From: Mustelus asterias
Lineage: Eukaryota
Assembly (NCBI RefSeq): GCF_964213995.1
Contig: NC_135808.1
Location: 21,762,001-21,826,000, forward strand
Direction of reading: 5' to 3'
Length of the DNA: 64,000 bases
Shown here one piece after another: positions 12,680 through 23,314 of the stretch. The notes under the pieces were generated by a model. That model had not been told where the DNA came from. It saw only the letters and a list, made by a program, of their open reading frames with translations, and did no database searches. Position 1 is the stretch's first letter. Every line of letters begins with the position of its first letter. Both the position numbers and the translations under genes were made by a program.

Positions 12680-13392
12680 TGGCTTTTGCTACCAAATAAA
12701 CCTGTTGGACTTTAACCTGGTGTTGTTAAACCTCTTACTGTGTTTACCCCAGTCCAACGCCGGCATCTCCACATCAAGAATAGACACAAACAGGTTGAGA
12801 AACGGCCTCAACATGGGAATTGTCTAAATAGATAAATAGGGCTGGTGACATCATCAGTTGCCGGGTAGAATCAGCTGAAAGGAGTTTGATACAGTGACAG
12901 AGGGAAGGACATTCAGAACAGGAGCAGGTCTGATCTAACTATTCACTCACAGTCATAGAGATATACAGCACAGAAACAGGCCATTCGACCCAACTCGTAC
13001 ATGCCCACCAGGCTTTCTTTACTGAACCAGTCGCATTTGCCTGCATTTGGCCCATACTCCTCTAAACCTTTCACATCTATGTACCTGTCCAAATTGATTT
13101 TAAATGTTGTAATTGTACCCACGTTAGCCACCTCTTCTGGCCTCTCATGCCATATACACACCACCACCACCTGTGTGAAAACATTGCCCCTTTTAGTCCC
13201 TTTTTATACTTCTTCTCATCTTTAACCTATAGCCTTTAGTTTTAGACTCGTCTACCCTGGGGAAAAGACCTTGTCTCTTTACCTTATCTATGTTCCTCAT
13301 GATTTTATAAACCTCTATAAGGTCATCACATTCTCCTACGCTTCAGGGAAAGAAACCTTCTTCAACGTCCACTGCACCACAAATTTTGGTGC

Positions 13393-14108
13393 TGTTGTCG
13401 GTAAAAAAAACCTCTGACACTATTAGTGGATCAAAATGCAGGTTTATTTTCACAATTGTGGGAGAGGTCCAATTCCTAACATGGTCTCGGGCCTCTCCTC
13501 GAATATGAGTTAAGGGCAAACATTTATACATCCCGGTTCCCGCCCTTAATTACATTCCCCAATTCTCCAGGATGGCTGTCACTGTTCCTCATTCATTGTG
13601 GGATCCTTGCTGCATTGGCACTTTCTTCTGTTGTGTAGTTTGTTCAATCGTGGCAATCTCCAAGGCCGCGATTGTTTCTGTTCCATCCCTCTACGTTACG
13701 CACGGCCTTGAAGCAACATCACAAATTTTGCACAAACAGGTAATTAAAACACAACTAAAACACAACTATATCAGTTTAAAATAGTATAGATGCATAGCAT
13801 ATAATGAATGTATAAATCTTTTGTTATACAAAGACAGAAGGCATACATGTCAGCTTCACCGTATTAAACAAAAGTACATGAAAATGGAGACTGTTTCGCT
13901 TATAGGCTGCGTTAACCACATTCCTGAATACGATAGGCTGGAGACAATAGGGATAGCTGTTCCTCTTATCTGGTCTGGATGCACCAAAACAATCAATTCT
14001 AACAAAAACAATGAATTAGACAATACTTCTCACGAATCTCTTAAGTATTACAGAGGTGAGTCTCAATGCTGAAGTGTTCCAAGATTCATTAACCCATTCC
14101 CGTCTTCA
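13393..14108 (-). mobile_element. ERV 3' LTR
   Basis: PPT AAAAGGGGGAAAA (14109-14121) is followed by TG. On the minus strand there is TATAAAT at ~13522-13528 and AATAAA at 13443-13448, ending ...ACAACA. The left boundary is approximate. Confidence 0.7.
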
Positions 14109-15559
14109 TTTTCCCCCTTTTGGTCGGGTGCCAGGTCCAAACATGGCACCTATGACCAACTCAGAACCACATGTTATCGGCAAATGGGCCTCGCTCCTTC
14201 GTTGGGAGGTCTGCCCCTCCACCTGTACACTTGCGACCGTCATAATTCGCGCTGTTACTGTTTTGCAATAGGCGTTCAATAATGCCATACAAACACAGCA
14301 AGTAATTACAATTACAATTAATACAATCAATCCATGCATCAGGTATGAACCCCACGACCCAAACCATTGCCCCAGCCAGCCCAGGTGGTTATAATTGTGA
14401 TATTGGTTCCCGTTATCCTGTATTGTTTTTGCCACGTGTTTAATATGATCTGCCAAGCGAGTTATATTCTCCGAAGCATCGGGAATATACGTACAGCATT
14501 CAGAGCCAACTATGGCACATGTTCCTCCTTGGGAGGCTGGCATATAATCGAGTGCTAATCGGTTCTGTAACGCCACAGTCCGAATAGCTACGACCACTGC
14601 TGATATTTCAGAGACGGCTGTGCTCACCTCCTCGAACCCATTTTTAGCCTCATTTGCAATTTTCTCTTGGGTTGAGGCCATCCGTATAAGTTCCTGTGCT
14701 GCCTTTGCCATCCCAAAAAATGGGTAAGCTATCATGAAGAATCGTTCTGTCTCACTAATGGCTCGCTTAGCCCTAAGCAGGTGTATCTCGGGGTGGTCCC
14801 ATAAGTCAGTGTAATGGTGAACATAAGGCACCACATATGCCAAATAACATGATCCTGTCCAATTCCAGGGAAGCCACGGATAGGCATTGTTTCCACAGAC
14901 AAAATAGTTACCATTATATGCAGTCACCTCGCTTATATAAGCGGAGGAGAGGCTAACCGGGACGGTGGCTATGGGGCACTGGATTGTGATCTGTATCATG
15001 GCCTCAGTGTCATCCGTGATATCAACCTGCTGTATACAGTAGCTACGGCCAACAGGTATGGTTCCATTTCTTATCAGGCAGATAACTCCCCTTTGTTGAT
15101 TTTTCACAATGAAGTCAGGTGGGGAATCTGATCTGTCTTAGTTGGGTTGGTCATGTTTCTTAAAGGACGATAAAGTGCACCCTCCACCCCCTAGCCTTGA
15201 AACAACATCGCTGTTGCTGATACCCTGCATAGTGGTACCCGATGGGTTTTTAAATGTCAGTTTCCTTCCTGGGTTCCATTCTGATTTAAAACCCATTCAA
15301 TTACTTCTGGAGCTGATAAAGGGATAGGAAATAAGGGAATTCCTCCCTTTCCTCCATGCATGGGAATGTGTGAACAGACCCAGCACTTGCTCAGATTTGA
15401 TTGTGATGCATACAGATAAGACATATACACAAAGGTGTTCATACAATGGACAGAGTCATCGTGACAGAGATGATCATTGTGCTTCATTCCTAACTCCTCA
15501 TAATACAATTTATACTTTCCCGCTATGGCTAACAGGGCCAGGGTCGTGAGTATCAGCAT
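14106..15559 (-). pseudogene. env: Endogenous retrovirus env (gamma-type envelope), disrupted
   Basis: Signal peptide MLILTTLALLAIAG, CWVC (CxxC), furin site RAKR, immunosuppressive domain LQNRLALDY, CX6CC (CAIVGSECC) and TM helix. Stops and a frame change lie between 15257 and 15107. Confidence 0.9.
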
Positions 15560-15976
15560 GAAAAGAATCTTATCACTTACTAATATCCCGCGCGACCGTT
15601 ATACAACGGTCCAAAGGCTATAATCGCCCGCGTGCAACTTCCCGCGAAACCGTTCAGCTTGCTTGGAGGTCAGTTGTTGTTTGTTTATATCTGCAATTGG
15701 AGTGCGGTAAACCACTGTTAAGCTATTGCCTGTGTGTGTGTGTGTGTGTGTGTGACATGCCTGGGCATGCCCCTGCCGGCCCTGCCTGAGACTCCTCCCC
15801 CCCTGGTCCAGGTATAAAGGTGACTGCTCCCAACCCCCCTGCCTCAGTCTCTGGACTAGTTCATCAGCATGGGTGTGCTCCAAGTCTTTTGCTAATAAAA
15901 GCCTATTTGTTCTTGCATACAAACTAGTCTTTGCTTGATTGATGGCGCATCAATTTTATTCGCAAAATGTTTTGGG

Positions 15977-18900
15977 ATGGAGCAGATACTAAAACCCGAT
16001 AGATTAGAATTGAATCCTCAAGCCGTAGGAGCCTCTAACAGCTTTGATCACTGGCTGCGATGTTTCGAAACTTTCCTCACCGCCGCCTCCTCCATCATCC
16101 GGACCGAAACCGACAAACTACACGTGCTCCACGCCCGGGTAAGCGATCAAGTATTCTCGATGATTAGAGACGCTGAAACTTACGAGGATGCGATTGAACT
16201 TTTAAAAGGCCAGTACAACAAACAGACTAATGTAATCTACGCCAGACATCTTCTGGCTACTCGCAGACAACAGCCAGGAGAATCGGGCGATCAATTCTTG
16301 CGTGCGATGCGAGCACTTGGCAGGGCCTGCAACTGCAAGGCCATAACAGCTGCCCAAAACACTGAGGACTTAATCAGAGATGCCTATGTCATGGGTATCA
16401 GGTCAAACTATATCCGACAACGACTGCTGGAACAGGGTGAGCTGGACCTACAAAAGACTGTAGCGCTTGCCGACTCGTTAGATGTGGCCTACCGTAATCT
16501 CGAGGCCTACACCCCCGACCACGGGGGCGCATCATGGATGCCGCAGTCGCCGCCACCTCTGTACTCGGGAGGGCTGCAGGCCTACACCACGCCACGTCCC
16601 ACTAATGACGCGACCGCTGCGGCAGTCTCTGGAGGCCCGAAGTGCTACTTCTGCAGCCTGGGGAAGCACCCCCGACAACGCTGCCCGGCGAAGGATGCGA
16701 TCTGCTCCGGGTGTGGAAAGAAGGGCCATTACACTAAGGTATGCAGGGCAAAGTCGACCTCCAAGCCCAGTAGCACCGCGTGCGACCCATGGGGGCTGCC
16801 ATCTTGGGCACCGGTAGCTGCGTGTGAGCCATGCGGGCCGCCATCTTGGACGCCATTAGCCGCGTGTGGGCCGTGCGGGCCGCCATCTTGGATGCCGTCA
16901 GCCACGTGTGGGCCATGCGGGCCACCATCTTGGATGCCATCAGCCACGTGTGGGCCGTGCGAGCCGCCATCTTGGACGCCATCAGCCGCGTCGCAAAATC
17001 CAACAGTGGCTTCGGTTACGCTGGACCAATCCAGGCCTCACCAACTCACCAGGTCCATGATGGACATCGAGGTAAACGGTCGCACTACAAACTGTTTATT
17101 TGACTGTGGGAGTACAGAGAGCTTTATTCACCGTCACACAGTGAGTCGCTACGCCCTTTCAGTACTGCCAGTGAAGAAAACGATCTCCATGGCTTCAAAG
17201 TCCCACTCGGTGGATGTCCTCGGGAACTGCGTGGCGACCCTGACTGTACGGGGCACAGTGTACAAAAACTTCAGGCTCCTCATGCTGCCACAACTCTGCG
17301 CTGCCGTACTCCTGGGGCTAGATTTCCTGTGTCACCTTAAGAGTGTCACCATGGAGTATAATGGGCCTTTTCCCCCACTCTCTGTTTGCAATCACCAGTT
17401 CTTAGATCGCCCACCGTGCACCACCTGCAGCCTCTCATGCCTTAAAGTCGTCCCTCCCTCACTGTTTGAAAATCTCACCCCCGATTGCAAGCCCATCGCC
17501 ACCAAGAGCAGACGGTACAGTGCTGGAGACAGGGCTTTTATCAGGTCTGAAGTACAACGGCTCCTAGGGGAGGGGATCATTGAGGCCAGTACCAGCCCCT
17601 GGAGAGCCCAAGTGATGCGCATCAATTGGACACGAGGCACTAAGCTTCGGTAAAAGAAGGCTTTTATTAACTAACAATGGAACTAACAGACCTTTAACAC
17701 ACTATCCCAGACTGAAGAGGTCCCGCCCGAGCAGGGGGTCTTATACCTCTCCCAGGAGGCGGAGCCCGACTGGGATGTGCCACAACAGTAACAACCACAG
17801 GTGTATCAATCCCACCCTAGCCCAACAACAACATTAGAACAACCCAACAACAACATTAGAACAATCCCACAGTGGGAACCAACGATGGTTCACCACACCA
17901 AGTAGGAGTTGTTAAGACTGGGGAGAAACATCGCATGGTCATTGAGTACAGTCAGACCATAAACCGCGACATGCAGCTGGACGCGTACCCCCTTCCCCGC
18001 ATATCTGACATGGTTAATCAGATTGCGCAATATCGGGTGTTCTCCACCATCGACTTAAAATCTGCTTACCACCAACTCCCTATCCGCCCGGAGGACCGCC
18101 AATATACTGCCTTCGAGGCGGATGGCCGCCTCTATCACTTCCTTAGGATCCCCTTCGGCGTCTTGGTTTTCCAGCATGAGATGGACCGAATGGTAGACCA
18201 GAATGGGTTGCGGGCCACCTTCCCATACCTAGATAACGTCACCATCTGCGGCCATGATCAGCAGGACCACGACGCCAACTTCCACAACTTCCTCCACACC
18301 GTCACACTCCTAAATCTGACCAATAATAAGGAGAAGTGCGTATTCCGCACACGCCGCCTTGCCATCCTTGGTTGTGTTGTGGAAAACGGGGTCATCGGTC
18401 CCGATCCCGACCGCATGCGTCTCCTCCTGGAACTTCCCCTCCCCACCAGCCTCAAAGCCCTGAGGAGATGCCTGGGCTTCTTCTCATATTACGCCCAGTG
18501 GGTCCCAATTATGCGGATAAAGCCCGTCCGCTCATCAAATCCACCTCTTTTCCCCTGACGGCAGAGGCCTGCCTGGCCTTCGACCGTATCAAAGCAGACA
18601 TCGTGAAGGCCACGATGCACGCTGTAGACGAATCCATCCCGTTCCAGGTGGAGAGCGATGCATCTGACTTCGCCCTAGCCGCCACCCTTAACCAGGCGGG
18701 CAGACCCATGGCCTTCTTCTCATGAACCCTCCAAGGCCCTGAAATTCAACAGTCCTCTGTCGAAAAGGAGGCCCAAGCCATAGTGGAAGCTGTACGGCAC
18801 TGGCGTCACTACTTAGCTGGTAAACGATTCACCCTACTCACGGACCAACGGTCAGTTGCATTCATGTTTAACAACACGCAGCCGGGCAAGATCAAAAATG

Positions 18901-20198
18901 ATAAAATATTGAGATGGAGAATCGAGCTTTCCACCTACAATTACGACATCTTATACCGGCCCGGGAAGCTCAATGAGCCCCCAGACGCCCTGTCCCGGGG
19001 AATATGTGCCAGCGCACAAATAGACCAATTGCAGACTGTCCACAACGACCTCTGCCACCTGGGGATCACCAGGTTTTTTCACTTCATTAAAGCCCGTAAC
19101 CTGCCCTACTCCATTGAGGAAGTCAGGTCTATAACCAGACACTGCCAGGTCTGCGCAGAGTGCAAGCCGCACTTCTATCGGCCAGACAGAGCACACCTCA
19201 TAAAGGCCACCCTAAGCGTCGACTTCAAAGGCCCCCTCCCCTCTTCTGACCACAACATATACTTCCTCAACGTCATTGACGAATATTCACGTTTCCCCTT
19301 TGCTATTCCCTGCCCGGATATGACCTCGGCCACGGTCATCAGGGCCCTGCACAGCCTCTTCACCCTGTTCGGTTTCCCTAGCTATATCCATAGCGACCGG
19401 GGATCCTCCTTTATGAGTGATGAGCTGCGACAGTACCTGCTCTCCAAAGGCATAGCCTCGAGTAGGACCACCAGCTACAACCCCAGGGGAACGGACGGGT
19501 AGAGAGGGAGAACGCGACAATCTGGAAGGCCGTTTTACTAGCTCTGAGGTCTAAAGGTCTTCCAGTCATCCGCTGGCAAGAGGTCCTCCCTGATGCGCTA
19601 CACTCGATTAGATCACTCCTTTGCACAGCTACCAATGCTACCCCTCACGAAAGAATGTTTGTTTTCCCCAGGAAGTCCTCCTCTGGGACCTCACTACCGT
19701 CGTGGCTGATGTCCCCAAGCCCTGTCCTGCTCCGGAAGCACGTGAGAACCCATAAGTCGGACCCCCTGGTCGAAAGGGTCCAGCTCCTCCACGCCAACCC
19801 CCAATGTGGCGTACCCCGACGGGCGGGAGGAGACGGTCTCCATTCAAGACCTGGCACCCGCAGGTGCCCCAGGGACCACGACGACCCACAACCCCACACC
19901 CTCAACCCCCGTATACAGCACGCCTGAGCCCCAGGAGCCGCCACCACGCACCTGACAATCGGAAGGTGCCCCAGAGACCATGACGACCCACAACCCCAAA
20001 CGCCCAACCCCCGTATACAGCACGCCTGAGCCCCAGGAGCCACCACCACGCACCCGACAATCGGAAGGGACTACAAACGACTCGAGCGACTATGGCCTGG
20101 CGCCTGAACCAACACCGCGGCCACCGGAACCGACACCACAACTGACACTACGGCGGTCGCAGTGGCAGATCAAGCCCCCAGAGAGACTGAATTTGTAA
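15977..20198 (+). pseudogene. gag-pol polyprotein of the Gypsy element, interrupted
   Basis: ATG at 15977 (MEQILKP). The frame rejoins across the solo LTR (SPWRAQ|VGVVKTG). Frameshifts or stops near 18510, 18723 and 19495. Confidence 0.85.
17613..17897 (-). mobile_element. Solo LTR of a related Gypsy family inserted into pol
   Basis: Minus strand reads TGTGGTGAACC...AATAAAAGCC...GATGCGCATCA. 5-bp TSD ccaag at 17608-17612 and 17898-17902. Confidence 0.9.
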
Positions 20199-20328
20199 TT
20201 CTGTAAATATCGTTCCACCCACCTCACCCCCGCCAGACTCTTTTTTAAAAGCAGGGGGTGAATGCAGTAAACCACTGTTAAGCTTATTGCCTGTGTGTGT
20301 GTGTGTGTGTGTGTGTGTGACATGCCTG

Positions 20329-20678
20329 ACATGAGTGGAGGGAGCATTAAGCACAGGTTACAGAGATGTGTATTGTCTCCAGACAGGACAGCCAGTGAGA
20401 TTCTGCAGATTCTGTGCTGAATGCTCCCTCCACTCACATTATCTGTCTCTTTAAGACCTGGTTGGTTGTAGGGATTCGCATTCTAATCAGTATTCTGTAA
20501 CTTGATTTTGTGTCTCTGTGTCCTGCTTGAGAGCAGATTTCCACTCCATCTGACGAAGGAGCAGCGCTCCGAAAGCTAATGGTATTTGCTGCCAAATAAA
20601 CCTGTTGGACTTTAACCTGGTGTTGTTAAAACTCTTACTGTGTTCACCCCAGTCCAACGCCGGCATCTCCACATCATG
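20329..20678 (+). mobile_element. Penelope 3' fragment with inverted 5' part and hammerhead
   Basis: Homologous to the other pLTR/3'UTR copies. The inversion junction is near 20408. Confidence 0.85.
20546..20582 (+). ncRNA. Minimal type I hammerhead ribozyme
   Basis: CCAU-CUGACGA-A-GGAGC(agc)GCUCC-GAAA-GCU-A-AUGG: intact core and stems I and II, palindromic AGCU stem III. Confidence 0.82.
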
Positions 20679-20689
20679 ACTACCATTTC

Positions 20690-21590
20690 CCACAGCCAGC
20701 GGTCTATTCCTTGATCTATCAAAGATTCATCCATCTCCACTTTAAATACTTCAAATAACCCAGCCTCCAACCCCCCCCCCCCCCTTGGGGCAGAGGATTC
20801 CAGAGATTCACCACACTCTATGAGAAGAAATTTCTACGCATCTCAGTTTGAAATGACCGACCCTTCATCTTGCAGCTATATCCCCATATTTGAGACTCTC
20901 CCCCGAGTGAAAACATCTCACCCTGTCAAGCCCCCTCAGATCTTATATGTTTGAATGAGGTCACCACTCACTCTTCTAAACCCCAAGGAATACAGACCCA
21001 GACTATTTAGTCTGTCTTGATAGGACAACCCTGTCATTCCAGAAATTAGCCTGGTGATGAATGGACTGCCTCCACTGTTACTATATCCGTTGTAGGTAAG
21101 GGGACCAAAACTATACACAGTATTTCAGGTGAGGCCTCACCAACACCCTATGCAATTGGAACAAAACCTCCCTATTTTTAAACTCTAATCCCTTTGCAAC
21201 AAAGACCAAAATGCCGTTTGCTTTCTTAACTACCTGTTGGACCTGATTGCTAGCTTTTTGTGATTAATGCACTAAAAAAACTAAATCCTTCTAAACTTCA
21301 CTCACCTGCAGTCTCTCTCCATTTAGATAATAGTCTACATTTTGATTACTTCTGCCAAAGTGCATGACCTCACACTTCCCCCATTAAACTCCATTTGCCA
21401 GGTTTTTGCCCAGTCACCCAATCTATCTTTATCCCATTGCAGATTCACAATATTCTCATCATGTCCCTGCCCTTCCACCAATCTTAATATCAGCAGCAAA
21501 TTTGGAAACCTGACATTCTGTTGCTTCATCCATGTCATCAGTATAAACAGGGAACAATTGTGGGCCAAGAACTGATCCGTGCGGTACTTG
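20690..21590 (-). mobile_element. CR1 LINE 3' fragment
   Basis: WQMEFN, LGLYSLGFRR and GDLIQTYKI motifs on the minus strand. Confidence 0.8.
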
Positions 21591-22574
21591 AGGAAGAGTT
21601 GTATATTAGTTTTGAACCTGAATCACTTTAATTGACATTTCGAATCCCAGAGTTGTTATGGGGCAGAAGGAAGCCATTTCACCTATTTTATTTGCACCAG
21701 CTCTGCAAACGGGCATTGTGGTTTAGCGCCTTTTAAACATTTAATTATCTGTGATTCAATGGCAATACTATCACTGAATCCCCCACTGTGAACATCCTGG
21801 GGGTTGCCATTGACCAGAAACTGACCTGGACAAGCCACAGAAACACTGTAGCTGCAAGAGTGGGTCACAGGCTGGGAATTTTGTGGAGAGTTTAAATTTT
21901 AAGTTCATGCATTAGTATTGCAAGTAGGCTTACATGAACACTGCAATGAAGTTACTGTGAAATGATGTTGGGATACTAATGCAAGTGTGATTGAATGAGT
22001 GTCATTCTGTTACGTCTTAAAATGTTCCCCACCACAGTGGTGTTGCCCCTCGCCTGTGGCATCAGTTTTGTACTGAAGACTTTACAGAGGCAGGAAGTGA
22101 AAAATAAATCTCATTTATTGTAGAAATTGGAACAATGTTAAAAATTGCAGAAATAGATTCTGGTTTGAAAAACAGAAACCAAACATCCTCACACCATCAA
22201 TATATCTCTGGGACACAGACTCCCCGACCCCCAACAATCCATTCCTCCCAATCCCACCCTGTGGGTTCAGCACAACAGCTCCTTCCCAATTTACCTGCAC
22301 CAGTGTAAACCCCGGGGATTGTCCCAGGGAGCGAACCCCCTCGTTCCACAGCCCACCCACCTCACAGTGAAAGCAATGAGTGAATCGGCCTTGAGTGAAA
22401 TGGATTCCTAAACTCGACACAGGTTAAACAGGGCAGATCAGAAGAGATTAAAACTTCCAGCTGCAAACAGAGCAATCCCTGATAAAACATCCCAGTTCCA
22501 TTTACAGAGTTCCATATGTAGAGCTTGAATCCGTCAGTCGCTGTTACCTCCATGAAATCACATGGCAGCATCTG

Positions 22575-23275
22575 TGAGCAAAACCCATCGGACCGCCAAA
22601 CACCAGCTAAACCCATCAGACCCCCAAACACCAGCTAAACGCATCAGAGCCCCAAACACCAGCAAAACCCATCAGACCGCCAAACACCAGCTAAACCCAT
22701 CAGAGCCCCAAACACCAGCAAAACCCATCAGACCCCCCAAACACCAGCAAAACCCATCAGAGCCCCAAACACCAGCTAAACCCATCAGAGCCCCCAAACA
22801 CCAGCAAAACCCATCAGACCCCCAAACACCATCTAAACCCATCAGACCCCCAAACACCAGCTAAACCCATCAGACCCTCAAACACCAGCTAAACCCATTA
22901 GACCCCCAAACACCAGTTAAACCCATCAGACCCCCAAACACCAGCCAAACCCATCATAGCCCCAAACAGCAGCTAAACCCATCAGATCCCGCAAACACCA
23001 GCTAAGCCCATCAGACCCCCAAACACCAGCTAAGCCCATCAGACCCCCAAACACCAGCTAAACCCATCAGACCCCCAAACACCAGCCAAACCCATCAGAG
23101 CCCCAAACAGCAGCTAAACCCATCAGATCCCGCAAACACCAGCTAAGCCCATCAGACCCCCAAACACCAGTTAAACCCATCAGACCCCCAAACACCAGCT
23201 AAACCCATCAGACCCCCAAACACCAGCTAAACCCATCAGACCTCCAAACACTAGCTAAACCCATCAGATCCGCGC
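22575..23275. repeat. 28-bp minisatellite (accagctaaacccatcagacccccaaac)
   Basis: About 25 units here. Only a few units at the paralogous sites ~5460-5610 and ~39270-39345. Confidence 0.92.
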
Positions 23276-23314
23276 CCCAAACATCCAGAAAACGATCAGA
23301 CATATCGCGCAATA

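Larger units (their letters stand above)
11639..12776 (-). mobile_element. Penelope-like retroelement, 5'-truncated, with inverted pseudo-LTRs and a 12-bp TSD
   Basis: GIY-YIG endonuclease ORF 11944-12645 (NVVYLLRC...WYIGET...RMNEHR). Inverted terminal copy at 12639-12776. TSD agaatagacaca at 11627-11638 and 12777-12788. Confidence 0.93.
15703..20328 (+). mobile_element. Ty3/Gypsy LTR retrotransposon, near full length, decayed, 3' LTR truncated
   Basis: 5' LTR 15703-15952 (TG..CA, TATAAA, AATAAA). gag with two CCHC knuckles, PR (LFDCGS), RT (IDLKSAYHQ, YLDN), RNase H (ESDAS) and IN (HHCC, VDFKGP, HSDRG). PPT at ~20247-20262; 3' LTR starts at 20263. Confidence 0.95.

Noticed and set aside
13360-13392. 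PBS-like TGGTGCAGTG after the ERV LTR
   Set aside because: Only a short partial resemblance to a tRNA 3' end, offset from the LTR end, with no gag following.
14106-15559. Domesticated syncytin-like gene
   Set aside because: In-frame stops and a frame change separate the signal peptide/CxxC region from the TM subunit.
14106-20328. Env-bearing Gypsy (errantivirus-like) element
   Set aside because: env lies outside the Gypsy LTRs, on the opposite strand, with its own PPT and LTR. These are two separate elements.
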